The notes: a model not told the origin generated them from the letters alone. A DNA stretch of 64,000 nt from an uncultured Candidatus Saccharibacteria bacterium (GCA_964459225.1 CAYWKB010000001.1:32356-96355), one strand, 5' to 3'; positions 1-9,789 are shown, numbered from the stretch's first letter. Translations and numbers: made by a program.

Positions 1-251
1 CAATTAGCACCTGAAGTATCTAATGTAGCTGGATAACTATTACATCTATCAAAATATAATTCTAAGGTTAATTGTAATTGTCCGATATCAGAAATCCTTT
101 TTGCATCTCTCGCTTTTATTTTAGATGATGCTAGATTAGCTGAAACTATTGCTGTTAGTATTCCTATAATTGCTATTACCACTAGTAACTCTATTAATGT
201 GAATGCTTTATTTTTAATTGATTTATTATTTTTCAAAAGTTCTTTTTTCAT
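1..251 (-). CDS. Type IV pilin-like protein (3' truncated by window edge)
   Basis: Manual translation from ATG 249-251: MKKELLKNNKSIKNKAFTLIELLVVIAIIGILTAIVSANLASSKIKARDAKRISDI; class III signal peptide A|FTLIE. Not in ORF track. Confidence 0.9.
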   Translation of the reverse strand, partial: MKKELLKNNKSIKNKAFTLIELLVVIAIIGILTAIVSANLASSKIKARDAKRISDIGQLQLTLELYFDRCNSYPATLDTSGAN

Positions 252-280
252 TACTGTAATTATATCAAGGAAGCACATAT

Positions 281-327
281 AAACAAAACACCCCGGGGTC
301 GTCACTTCTGTGACTTACCCCGGGGTG
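281..327 (-). terminator. Intrinsic terminator
   Basis: GC-rich hairpin CACCCCGGGG...CCCCGGGGTG followed on the minus strand by TTTTGTTT. Confidence 0.8.
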
Positions 328-350
328 CATAATGACTGGCGTCAATTGCG

Positions 351-488
351 TCAGGAAACTTTTCTACCAGCGAGAATTTTCTCGCTAGCTGCTTTCTGCC
401 GCGCGGCATGTTCCTCCTGCAGCTTCTTGACCTCCTCGTAGCTGATTTCGACTCTCTTGCCATTGAGTATTCTGTATAACTTGGCCAT
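351..488 (-). CDS. 45-aa small basic protein MAKLYRILNGKRVEISYEEVKKLQEEHAARQKAASEKILAGRKVS
   Basis: Manual translation ATG 486-488 to TGA 351-353; lies between a consensus promoter and a terminator; protein-like helical composition. Confidence 0.65.
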   Translation of the reverse strand: MAKLYRILNGKRVEISYEEVKKLQEEHAARQKAASEKILAGRKVS

Positions 489-619
489 AACCTATTAATT
501 TACCGACCTTGAGTCTAATTGGAATGTGCTTGTGGATGCGGTCCCCAAGAATCGCATCGCCATCCCAATGGATGGACCATGTAGACCTTTTTGGTAAACA
601 CAGTAACATCTGGACAATC

Positions 620-647
620 ATTATAGCACCATATATTTACGTGTCAA
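620..647 (-). promoter_or_regulatory. Consensus sigma70 promoter
   Basis: TTGACA (642-647), 16-nt spacer, TATAAT (620-625) with extended -10 TG. Confidence 0.75.
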
Positions 648-671
648 GCAAATATAACTATATGTGGAAAA

Positions 672-1823
672 CTAATTTGCACTTGTACTAGTAGCTGTGA
701 GCAATGAACTTCTTGTATAGTTATTTGAAGCATTCCACATCATCCAACTATTTAGTCCTGTATCATATGTCGCAGTGATTTGTGCTCTAACCATTTCGGG
801 GGTATAGTCCACTCTTCCAATACTAAAATCTTGTAACCATGGTCTTAATTTACTTGGAGTTGTGCTCGCAGTTACCGCTCTCTTTACTGCCATACCCATA
901 GCATATTTAATCACTTCATATGGTTTACTTGCGGGACTTTCAAAATTCATAAAACCAGTTGGATAATGTGATGGATAAACCATAGGAGCAACATAATCAA
1001 AATGTTCAAGTGCGTATTCTAATATTTGCCCTATTCCTAAATCATCAGTATTAGATGTTGTCATACCAAACAAGTCAGCTGATATTGGAATATTTTTGGC
1101 TTTGAATTCTTTTTCTAAAAATGCAAAAAATTCTTTTAATGCTATTGATTTTACTTTTCCTTCACTAAAAGGATACGAAATATCCATCATATCTCCATCT
1201 GACGGAAATCTTATATAATCAAAATTCAATTCGTCAAAACCAACCGCGTATGATTCATTACCTATTTCAACAATATAATCCCATACAGGTTTTGCCCCCA
1301 CATCTAACCAACTAACTCCCTTTCGATCTTTCCATACATTTCCATTTTTGAACTTTACGGCGTATTCTGGTTTTTTATGAACTAAATATGAATCCTGAAA
1401 TGATGATATTCTCCCAATTACATATATTCCCTTATCATGTAGGCTACCTATAAATTGTTTAATATCCGGAATTCTGTTTTCCTCTGAACCCAAATCACTA
1501 ATTAATTTATTTTCTGAATGAAATGAAACCCGACCTGTATAATCTTTAATATCTATAACCACTGCATTTAATTCAGTATCATCAATCAGCTTTACAAGAT
1601 TATCTCTTAATCTTTTATTACCCGCCACCCAACTAGACATATAAATAGCCTTCACTGAATCTGGTGTTTTGATATGAGTAACTGAAAATGGAGGTGGTAA
1701 AGATATACTGATAGCAGCATTTTGTTCAGCTTTGTATATATCACTTTCAAAAGGGAATTTTTGTATTCCGACAACTGTCGCAATTAACAATGATATTCCT
1801 ATTGTGTAAGCGATATATCTCAT
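672..1823 (-). CDS. Putative glycoside hydrolase (DUF4015-like)
   Basis: N-terminal membrane anchor; NAVVIDIKD, GFDELNFDYIRFP, PMVYPSHY, RPWLQDF motifs. Confidence 0.8.
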   Translation of the reverse strand: MRYIAYTIGISLLIATVVGIQKFPFESDIYKAEQNAAISISLPPPFSVTHIKTPDSVKAIYMSSWVAGNKRLRDNLVKLIDDTELNAVVIDIKDYTGRVSFHSENKLISDLGSEENRIPDIKQFIGSLHDKGIYVIGRISSFQDSYLVHKKPEYAVKFKNGNVWKDRKGVSWLDVGAKPVWDYIVEIGNESYAVGFDELNFDYIRFPSDGDMMDISYPFSEGKVKSIALKEFFAFLEKEFKAKNIPISADLFGMTTSNTDDLGIGQILEYALEHFDYVAPMVYPSHYPTGFMNFESPASKPYEVIKYAMGMAVKRAVTASTTPSKLRPWLQDFSIGRVDYTPEMVRAQITATYDTGLNSWMMWNASNNYTRSSLLTATSTSAN

Positions 1824-2036
1824 TTAAGCATTTGTATTTTGATTATCATTTTCTGTAAATACTGAAGATGAGGAATTTGAATTTGATTTTCTTTCGTGTG
1901 GAAGATTATATGATATACCAATTATTAATATTCCTGTTATTACAGCAATAATTTTGTACCAGTCAGCTGGAAAACCAGCAAAAAGAAATACAATAACCCA
2001 GGCACCCAACAGACATAACCATTGTCTCTTTGACAT
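1824..2036 (-). CDS. Small two-TM membrane protein
   Basis: Two hydrophobic segments; abuts next gene. Confidence 0.65.
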   Translation of the reverse strand: MSKRQWLCLLGAWVIVFLFAGFPADWYKIIAVITGILIIGISYNLPHERKSNSNSSSSVFTENDNQNTNA

Positions 2037-2093
2037 ATTTTTTAATTTTAAATTATTATTGCAATAATTATACTATATAAATTGAAGTTTATC

Positions 2094-2795
2094 CTAAAAT
2101 GTGGATACTATAACTACGAATTCTCCTTTTTGTTTATTTGTATCTGTTTCTAAAATATTTAAAATATCATCCGCATTTCCTTGAATTACCTCTTCATATA
2201 TTTTTGTTATTTCTCTAACAATCGTTATTTTTTTATTTGAATCTTTCAAAAATTCCCTTAGAGATTGTAATGTTTTAATTATTCTATGTGTTGATTCATA
2301 AAAAATAATAGTTCTCTGTGAATCACGAATTTCATTGAATATTGTTTCTCTACCCTTTTTGTGTGGCATAAATCCTAAAAATATAAATTCATGACTTGGA
2401 ACTCCAGAAATTGAAATAGCGGTAGTTAATGCAGATGGACCTGGCACACCTATAATCTTTAATTCACCATTTTTGATCTCATCACTGAAATTTTTTCTTA
2501 CTTCACTTATAAGCATTGAGCCAGGGTCTGAAATACCTGGAGTACCAGCATCAGTTACTAAAGCAATATTTTTACCCTCTTTTATTTTTTCAAATATTAT
2601 TTCAACCTTAGCTTCACCACTTTGTGCATGATAACTCATCATTTGAGTATTAATATTGTACTTTTCAAATATTCTTTTTGTAACTCTAGTATCTTCACAT
2701 AGCACAATATCAACTTCCCCTAAAATCCTTATTGCTCTTAGTGTTATATCCTCAAGATTTCCAATAGGTGTACCGATTACATAAAAAGTAGACAT
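2094..2795 (-). CDS. rsmI: 16S rRNA (cytidine1402-2'-O)-methyltransferase
   Basis: TPIGNLEDIT, EDTR, DAGTPGISDPG, RE-TK-YEE, KGEFV motifs. Confidence 0.95.
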   Translation of the reverse strand: MSTFYVIGTPIGNLEDITLRAIRILGEVDIVLCEDTRVTKRIFEKYNINTQMMSYHAQSGEAKVEIIFEKIKEGKNIALVTDAGTPGISDPGSMLISEVRKNFSDEIKNGELKIIGVPGPSALTTAISISGVPSHEFIFLGFMPHKKGRETIFNEIRDSQRTIIFYESTHRIIKTLQSLREFLKDSNKKITIVREITKIYEEVIQGNADDILNILETDTNKQKGEFVVIVSTF

Positions 2796-2822
2796 AAATA
2801 TATAATATACTACACTATCTAT

Positions 2823-4016
2823 ATGGCAAGCTTAGTATACATAGCAAGGGATATTGAAAGGGCTTTGGGAGCAGAGCCTATTGGTGATTATTATATTATT
2901 ACAAATAAGACTAGTTATTCAGTATCAATTAAAAATAAATACAATGAAAATGTTTATCTAATTGATAAGGGTGAAATACTGGATACATTTGAACTTTTGT
3001 CTTTGGATGAAGTTCAAGAAATAATAAAAAAATTAAATGCAGATGTTTTGGTATTTAAAAACACAATTCATATACAGCAATATTGTAAAGAAAAAAACAT
3101 AAAACTACTTAATCCCGATGCAAATTTATCAGAAAAAGTTGAAAACAAAATCACTCAGGTGTCTTGGCTTTCTGAATTATCATCATTACTTCCTAAACAT
3201 TTTATATCTACAGTTAGAGAAATCGATGAAAATAAATTAGTAGAAAATAAAGTATTGATTTTTCAATGGTCTCATGGACATACAGGAAATGGAACTATTT
3301 TGATTTCAAATATAAATGAATTAAATGATTTAAAAAAGAAATTCCCTTATAGAGAAGTCAGGGTAACAGAATACATAAAAGGCCCAATGTTTACCGCAAA
3401 TATTGTAGTTACAGATACTGTAATATTACTTGGAAATATTAGTTATCAAATTACTGGAATGCTACCTTTTACCGAAAATGCTTTTAGTACAATAGGAAAT
3501 GACTGGAGTGTTCCGCATACTATTTTGACTGAAAATCACATTAAGTCTTTTGAATCAATTGCAGAAAAAGTGGGGCAAAAAATGCAAAAAGAAAATTGGC
3601 GAGGGCTTTTTGGTATTGATGTTATATACGATGAAGAAAGAGATGAATTAAAATTAATTGAAATAAATGCAAGACAACCAGCATCAACAACTTATGAATC
3701 ACAGCTTCAAGCAAAATTTAAAATTCATGGAATACCAGGATCAACAGTATTTGAGGCACATGTAAATGCTCTATTAAAAAATGGAAAAGTATTACCACTT
3801 ATACCCATAAATGACGGCGCACAAATATTGCAAAGAGTGACAAAGTTAACTCGTAAAGTTGATACAAGTAAACTCACAAATGCAGGATATAAAGTAATAC
3901 AATATGATGAAATAAAAGATAATTCTGATCTAGTAAGAATACAAAGCGATAAAGGTATCATGGAAGTTCATAATAAATTTAATAAGAGAGGAAAAGAAAT
4001 AATTACTCTAATCTAA
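2823..4016 (+). CDS. ATP-grasp domain protein
   Basis: ENK, GHTGNGT loop, TEYIKG, GLFGIDVI...LIEINAR signature. Confidence 0.8.
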   Translation: MASLVYIARDIERALGAEPIGDYYIITNKTSYSVSIKNKYNENVYLIDKGEILDTFELLSLDEVQEIIKKLNADVLVFKNTIHIQQYCKEKNIKLLNPDANLSEKVENKITQVSWLSELSSLLPKHFISTVREIDENKLVENKVLIFQWSHGHTGNGTILISNINELNDLKKKFPYREVRVTEYIKGPMFTANIVVTDTVILLGNISYQITGMLPFTENAFSTIGNDWSVPHTILTENHIKSFESIAEKVGQKMQKENWRGLFGIDVIYDEERDELKLIEINARQPASTTYESQLQAKFKIHGIPGSTVFEAHVNALLKNGKVLPLIPINDGAQILQRVTKLTRKVDTSKLTNAGYKVIQYDEIKDNSDLVRIQSDKGIMEVHNKFNKRGKEIITLI

Positions 4017-4798
4017 ATAAACCAAGACAATCTCCTTACTTCGGTTGTAGATTTCTTTGCTCTCGTATGTGTGTAGTTTTCTTCTCCTTGTTTATCATTT
4101 TCTATCCATCTTTGTTCAACAATATTTTTATTTATATCGACTATTTCTATTTTACCTTCATGTATACCGTGACCGTATTCACCATCAGTTGGCCATGCTA
4201 TTGAATGTGTATAGTGCAATATTGTAGGAATAAAGTTTTGATATTCGATTTGGTAAATAATCAAAACATGATCTCTTTCTTTTCCTGATACATCGTTACT
4301 ATTTGTCATTGTAATAATGTCACCGACTTGAATATCTTTTGTATGAATACTTATACTATTATCGTTATGAGCAAAAGTTCTAACATCAGTGTTTTCGATA
4401 GGCCTTATTTTTGATTTTATTTTTCCCAAAAATCCACCAGCAAAAGGAAACGCCAAATGCTTATCTATTGTGCCCTTGCCTTTATTTTTTGATTCCTCAT
4501 TTAAGATGTAGTATGCATAACCTGAGCAATCTATACCAATATCATTGTCTACTAGTATTTTTTTTAAATCCTCTGAGTCAATTTCTTTTGAATTTATTTT
4601 ATTTAATATCAAAATATGCTCAATTTCAGAAAAAATTTCTTTAGGACTTCCCTTGCCAACATTTACCCTAAGTGCTGCCCTTTTAGAACCTCTGCGATTA
4701 TTGAAATACGGAATAGAACAAATAGCGTTGCCGATACGGAATTCTTTATACTGTGCAATGATATCCATTGCATCTTTTGATAGTAATTTTGTATTCAT
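4013..4798 (-). CDS. NlpC/P60-like cysteine peptidase (putative)
   Basis: GIDCSG catalytic Cys motif, GDII...DHVLII His motif, later H-S. Confidence 0.6.
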   Translation of the reverse strand: MNTKLLSKDAMDIIAQYKEFRIGNAICSIPYFNNRRGSKRAALRVNVGKGSPKEIFSEIEHILILNKINSKEIDSEDLKKILVDNDIGIDCSGYAYYILNEESKNKGKGTIDKHLAFPFAGGFLGKIKSKIRPIENTDVRTFAHNDNSISIHTKDIQVGDIITMTNSNDVSGKERDHVLIIYQIEYQNFIPTILHYTHSIAWPTDGEYGHGIHEGKIEIVDINKNIVEQRWIENDKQGEENYTHTRAKKSTTEVRRLSWFI

Positions 4799-4864
4799 AT
4801 TGTATGTAATATACTATCATATTTTAACTAGAATAATCACTAGTTTTATGATATTCTAATTTGC

Positions 4865-5992
4865 ATGATAAGCATACTTGAAGGATCAGCAAACCTTTCA
4901 TATATATTGAGTTTTTCCGTTTGGGCTTTTATTGTAGCCTTATTATTTTCTCCTGTACTAATTCATTTTTTGTATAAATATAAGGTTTTTAAGGGACAAA
5001 AAGTTGAATTAAAAAATATAGACTCACAAAGAGGAAAGGATAAAACTCCAGTAATGGGAGGATTGCTGGTTATATTAACTGTCGCAATTATTACTTATTT
5101 ATATAATTGGTCTAGAAGTTATACTTGGGTACCCATAAGTGTCATGCTTATATCTGCATCACTTGGAGCTATTGATGACTTATTAAATATCTATGGAGCA
5201 GAAAGAAGGTCAAGGAAATTGTCTCAAATATTTACCCTAATAAAAGTTCACAAGGAATTCAAAATGAGACTTTGGTATATCATCACATTGCCATGGTCAA
5301 TATTTAAAAGAACATCAGTATGGCTTGGCTCAAGAACAAATCGAGGTATTTTTGTTCATGAAAAATTATTTTTGCAATTTATAGCTGGATCAATAACTGC
5401 CTGGTGGATATATGACAAACTTGGCACAGCTTGGCATTATTTATATTTACCTTTTGGTCATGATTTTTATTTAGGATTTTATATTATACCCGTCATAATC
5501 CTTATTGTTATGTTTACAGCAAATGCAGTTAATATTGGTGATGGAATGGATGGACTTGCGGGTGGTATGCTTATTTCTTCTTTTAGTGCACTTACAATAC
5601 TAAGTTGGTTAAATGGTTTTGGTGAAATCGCAGCATTAAATGCAACAGTTGTGGGTGCGCTCGCTATATATACTTATTATAATATTAAACCAGCGAGATT
5701 TATGATGGGTGACGTAGGTTCATTGGGTTTAGGTGCACTCTTTGCCGTAAACACAATAGCAATCGGTGAAATTGGATCAATATTTTTCTTAGGATTTTTA
5801 TTTTATATTGAAGCGTTTAGTGTATTGGTACAGGTTGCCGGTAAATATATTTTAGGTAAAAAAATATTTAAAATGGCACCAATACATCACCATTTTGAAT
5901 TAAAAGGCTGGAGTGAAGAAAAGACCATAATGCGTTTTTGGATTATACACTTTATCTTTGTAGTATTTGGAGTTTGGCTTGCATTACAATAA
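4865..5992 (+). CDS. mraY: Phospho-N-acetylmuramoyl-pentapeptide transferase-like protein
   Basis: TPVMGG, GAIDD, NAVN-DGMDGLA, FMGD-like MMGDVGS, APIHHHFE motifs; multi-TM. Confidence 0.9.
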   Translation: MISILEGSANLSYILSFSVWAFIVALLFSPVLIHFLYKYKVFKGQKVELKNIDSQRGKDKTPVMGGLLVILTVAIITYLYNWSRSYTWVPISVMLISASLGAIDDLLNIYGAERRSRKLSQIFTLIKVHKEFKMRLWYIITLPWSIFKRTSVWLGSRTNRGIFVHEKLFLQFIAGSITAWWIYDKLGTAWHYLYLPFGHDFYLGFYIIPVIILIVMFTANAVNIGDGMDGLAGGMLISSFSALTILSWLNGFGEIAALNATVVGALAIYTYYNIKPARFMMGDVGSLGLGALFAVNTIAIGEIGSIFFLGFLFYIEAFSVLVQVAGKYILGKKIFKMAPIHHHFELKGWSEEKTIMRFWIIHFIFVVFGVWLALQ

Positions 5993-5999
5993 TTTCTTT

Positions 6000-6641
6000 A
6001 TGAAATATTTACATTGGAAAGAAGAAAAAATAACAGACGCAACGCCAGAATTTATATCAAAAATGTATGATAGCGGATATGTATTTACAAGAATACAAAA
6101 AGGCATAATGCATCAAACAAGAAGCGTTAGAGTTAATTTAAATAAATTTGATTTATCTAGTGAAAATAGAAGGATTTTAAAAAAAGGTCAGGAAGTGTCT
6201 ATTGATATTCATGATATCCCCTACAATAATTATGATTGGAAAATAGGTAAAATAGCAAAAGACTTTTACGATACAAAAGCACCTGGAGATTTTTCGGTAA
6301 ACAAAATAAAAGAGATAATCACCACAGATCATAATTTTAATACCCTGATAGATTTCAATAAAGTAGGTTATACGATATGCTATATGAATAATGAAATATT
6401 ACATTATTCATATCCATTTTATGATTTAAACAATTCACCAAAAGATATGGGTTTGATTATGATGACCAAAACTATTTCAGAAATGAAAACACGCGGATTA
6501 AAATATGTATATCTTGGATCATTACAAAGGACAAATGATACATATAAATTACAATTTGGAGGTATGGAATGGTTTGATGGAACAAAGTGGAGTGAGGATT
6601 TGGAGGAGGTTAAAAAGATACTATTACCAATTCACGAATAG
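6000..6641 (+). CDS. ATE/Bpt-like aminoacyl-tRNA-dependent transferase (GNAT fold)
   Basis: ATG 6000; SVRVNLNKFDLSSENRRILKK resembles ATE N-domain; YPFYD, G..M, GLKYVYLG, YKLQF resemble ATE C-domain. Confidence 0.7.
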   Translation: MKYLHWKEEKITDATPEFISKMYDSGYVFTRIQKGIMHQTRSVRVNLNKFDLSSENRRILKKGQEVSIDIHDIPYNNYDWKIGKIAKDFYDTKAPGDFSVNKIKEIITTDHNFNTLIDFNKVGYTICYMNNEILHYSYPFYDLNNSPKDMGLIMMTKTISEMKTRGLKYVYLGSLQRTNDTYKLQFGGMEWFDGTKWSEDLEEVKKILLPIHE

Positions 6642-6892
6642 AGTTCGCTGTGACTGCCGATTGCATATAATAAACATGCATCCTTATTTATTTTTTTATA
6701 TATCACTCTTATATCACTAGTAATATTGATGCTTCTATATTCTGAATAGACTCCATGTAATTTATGGTTATTAAGTATTGGATTATATTCATCATCCAAG
6801 AAAAAATCTAATTTCTTACTAAAATTACTTTTATCCTTTTTAGAAAGCTTTTTAAATGATTTTTTGAATTTACTAGAATAAGCTAAGAACAT
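6632..6892 (-). CDS. YafQ/RelE-family mRNA interferase toxin
   Basis: YSSKFKKSFKKL, NHKLHG, RSINITSDIRVIY, IGSHSELY. Confidence 0.9.
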   Translation of the reverse strand: MFLAYSSKFKKSFKKLSKKDKSNFSKKLDFFLDDEYNPILNNHKLHGVYSEYRSINITSDIRVIYKKINKDACLLYAIGSHSELYS

Positions 6893-6894
6893 TA

Positions 6895-7164
6895 TTATTT
6901 ACCCGATAAACTTTTAATAAAATCCTTACTACCCTTGTGAAATTTTATTTTCCCCTCATTAAGTTCTTTATCTGTCTCCTCAATTATTTTTCTAAGATAT
7001 GGGGACGGGTTATAGGAAGCAGAAAAGACTACTTCTCTATCCCTAACGAATTGCCTGAGAAATGAATTAATAACTGTACTCAATGGCACACCAATCTCTT
7101 CAGCAACCTCTTGAGCTGTATCTTTTATTACTTTATCCGTTTTAATTGTTAAAAGTGTTTTCAT
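6895..7164 (-). CDS. RelB/DinJ-family antitoxin
   Basis: MKTLLTIKTDKVIKDTAQEVAEEIGVPLSTVINSFLRQF ribbon-helix-helix; directly upstream of toxin. Confidence 0.9.
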   Translation of the reverse strand: MKTLLTIKTDKVIKDTAQEVAEEIGVPLSTVINSFLRQFVRDREVVFSASYNPSPYLRKIIEETDKELNEGKIKFHKGSKDFIKSLSGK

Positions 7165-7170
7165 AAATTT

Positions 7171-7197
7171 ATATACCAAAGTATATACAATGGTATG
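7171..7197. promoter_or_regulatory. Palindromic putative TA operator
   Basis: ATACCA-aagtatatacaa-TGGTAT inverted repeat just upstream of the antitoxin. Confidence 0.45.
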
Positions 7198-7307
7198 ATT
7201 TAGTCAAATATCATTTGAATTATAATAATATCAATTCATGAAGCACACTCCTCAACACAGACTTTGTCAATAGCACTTCATTCACTTTTTTACCTTATAA
7301 TAAACTC

Positions 7308-8711
7308 ATGTCATCACCAAAACACATACATATAGTCGGCATAGCCGGTGTAGCAACAAGCGCTATCGCTATTGCTTTTCATAAAACTGGATGGAAAGTT
7401 ACAGGTTCTGATAAGGGATTTTTCCCTCCTGTTTCAACCGAATTAGAAAAAAATAATATTTCATTTTATGCTGGTTGGCATCCTGAAAATATTGCAAATT
7501 TTGAAAAAAAGCCTGATCTCATAATGACCGGTGGAAGTGGAACAAGCGCATCAAATCCTGAAGTTATTTATGCAAAGGAAAATAATATTCCAGTGTATGA
7601 CTATCCTCGAATTCTTGAAAAATATTTCATTAAAAAGAACTCTATCGTGACTGTTGGAACCTGGGGGAAAACCACTTCTTCTTCCCTGCTTTCATTTATC
7701 TTAATTCAAGCAGGTATGGATCCATCGTATTTTACTGGAGGTCTTTCGCTTTCACATGACACTGGTGCTATTTCAGATAGCGATTGGAGTGTTGTTGAGG
7801 GTGATGAATATCAAGTCTCTATTTCTGATAAAAGACCGAAGTTTGTTTATTATGCACCAACACATTTGCTCCTGACATCTGTTTCTTGGGATCACGCTGA
7901 CCTTTACCCCACAGAAGCAGATTATTTTAAGGTTTTTTATGATTTAGTTGAAAAGCCTAATCTGATTGTTGCTTGTAATGATGACGCAGGTGTAAATACG
8001 GTAATCAAAAATAGTAAGAAAAAAATAATTACATACGGTAAAACTGAGGAAGCAAATTATTATTTTCATTCTATTTCACATAATAAGGACGGACTTAAAT
8101 TTAAAATTAAAAGTGCTTCAGAAGAATACGATATTCAAACACCAATGCTCGGACGTTTTAATGCCGAAAATATCACTGGGGTCTTTGCGATGGCAAAAGA
8201 AATCGGAATTCCAACAGACAAAATAATAAAAGCGATTTCTGATTTTAAAGGAATCAAAAGAAGATTTGAAAAAAGACTCGAAACGGATATTACTGTTTTT
8301 GATTGTCATGCACCCACAGCTGAAAAGGCAATGTCAATACTCGAAAGTCTCAGAGAGGTTTATAGCAAAAACATAATTGCAGTTTATGAACCAAATATAG
8401 GAGGTAGACAGAGAAGTTCGGCTTCAATGTATGACAATGCTTTCAAAAATGCAGATGTTGTAATAATTCCTCGCCTAAGTAAATTAAAAATAGATGAAAA
8501 AGCTACAGAACAACCAATGGAAGGAAATGAATTGGCTTCAGTTATTTCAAAAACACATTCTAATACAAAATTTATTGAAAACGATGAACTTGTTATAAAA
8601 ACATTAGTTGAAATTGCAAAAAAAGACGATGTAATCGTCTATCTTGGTTCGCACGGTTTTAGAGGAATGATCGAAGAAACTATTACTTCCCTTCGTCAAC
8701 AATTGAAGTAG
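7308..8711 (+). CDS. Mur ligase, Mpl/MurC-like
   Basis: HIVGIAG, TGSD..FPPVS, GTWGKTT P-loop, VEGDEY, WDHAD, GIKRRFE; these motifs look closer to Mpl than to MurC. Confidence 0.85.
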   Translation: MSSPKHIHIVGIAGVATSAIAIAFHKTGWKVTGSDKGFFPPVSTELEKNNISFYAGWHPENIANFEKKPDLIMTGGSGTSASNPEVIYAKENNIPVYDYPRILEKYFIKKNSIVTVGTWGKTTSSSLLSFILIQAGMDPSYFTGGLSLSHDTGAISDSDWSVVEGDEYQVSISDKRPKFVYYAPTHLLLTSVSWDHADLYPTEADYFKVFYDLVEKPNLIVACNDDAGVNTVIKNSKKKIITYGKTEEANYYFHSISHNKDGLKFKIKSASEEYDIQTPMLGRFNAENITGVFAMAKEIGIPTDKIIKAISDFKGIKRRFEKRLETDITVFDCHAPTAEKAMSILESLREVYSKNIIAVYEPNIGGRQRSSASMYDNAFKNADVVIIPRLSKLKIDEKATEQPMEGNELASVISKTHSNTKFIENDELVIKTLVEIAKKDDVIVYLGSHGFRGMIEETITSLRQQLK

Positions 8712-8847
8712 CAACTGTATCACTTTCTATTTTATCTACTGATAATGTTATACCGCAATGATTGCACTCTATAACCATACCTTCGTTTAGCTTTGGATAT
8801 CTTGTAATATCTATTTCATTTTTACATTCTGGACAAATTGATTTCAT
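8683..8847 (-). CDS. 54-aa LysW-like zinc-ribbon protein MKSICPECKNEIDITRYPKLNEGMVIECNHCGITLSVDKIESDTVATSIVDEGK
   Basis: Manual translation ATG 8845-8847 to TAA 8683-8685; CPEC and CNHCG knuckles with LysW spacing and length; not in ORF track. Confidence 0.8.
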   Translation of the reverse strand: MKSICPECKNEIDITRYPKLNEGMVIECNHCGITLSVDKIESDTVATSIVDEGK

Positions 8848-8904
8848 ATTTTTTATATTATTTAATTAATTCTAATATTACATAAAATGGTGTAATATAT
8901 CAAT

Positions 8905-9789
8905 ATGCTAACAAAACAAGATGAGTACAAAGATTTAGCAAAAGTCTTGGGTATTAACAAATTAATACTTAAAAGAGAAGACTTGCACCCATACGGTTCT
9001 CATAAAGGCAGATCAATTCCTAAAATGATTGATTTGTATTTATCGAAAGGTATTAGGCATTTTGCTATTTCTTCATCTGGTAATGCAGCTCTCGCGGCGG
9101 CATTTTATATAAATAAATTAAATTCAGAAAATAAATTAGGCGAAAATGAAAAAATTAATTTAAATATACTTGTCGGTCAAAATATAAATAAGAAAAAACT
9201 ACACAAAATAGAACCTTTTAAAAGCGAAAATATAAATATAACAATGCATGATAGACCATTGCAGACATTGTTTAATATTTTAAAAGATCAAAATATAGTC
9301 GGACTTAGACAATCAACAGATGATAATGCCCTTTTGGGTTATAGAGAATTAGCAGAAGAATTAGAAAAAATAAATGATCTTGAAGCTATTTTTATTGGGA
9401 CATCATCTGGCACAACAGCACAAGCATTGGCAGAATACTTTATACAAAAAAATAAAAAAGTTGAAATTCATATAGTTCAAACAACTTCTTGTCATCCTAT
9501 AGCAATTAATTATGTGGATTCAGTACAGGAAGAAATATCAGTAGCAGATGCAATAGTAGATCAAACTGCAATTAGAAAAGATAAAATTATTGAATTAATA
9601 AATAAATGCAATGGATCAGGATGGATTGCGACAAATGAACAAATAAAAAGCGCCGAAGAAATGACCAAAAAATACGCAAATCTTGAAATTTCAAATAATA
9701 GTGCATTATCAATCGCTGGTCTTATGCAAGCAGTTTACACAGGAAAGGAATGGGCTGGATCAGTAGTTTGTGTTATATGTGGTGATTAG
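8905..9789 (+). CDS. PLP-dependent fold-type II enzyme (threonine synthase/cysteine synthase-like)
   Basis: LKREDLHPYGSHKGR (PLP lysine), SSSGNAA, GTSSGTT. Confidence 0.85.
   Translation: MLTKQDEYKDLAKVLGINKLILKREDLHPYGSHKGRSIPKMIDLYLSKGIRHFAISSSGNAALAAAFYINKLNSENKLGENEKINLNILVGQNINKKKLHKIEPFKSENINITMHDRPLQTLFNILKDQNIVGLRQSTDDNALLGYRELAEELEKINDLEAIFIGTSSGTTAQALAEYFIQKNKKVEIHIVQTTSCHPIAINYVDSVQEEISVADAIVDQTAIRKDKIIELINKCNGSGWIATNEQIKSAEEMTKKYANLEISNNSALSIAGLMQAVYTGKEWAGSVVCVICGD

Noticed and set aside
385-621. 78-aa track ORF
   Set aside because: Its ATG overlaps the -10 box; the 45-aa ORF in another frame fits promoter and terminator better
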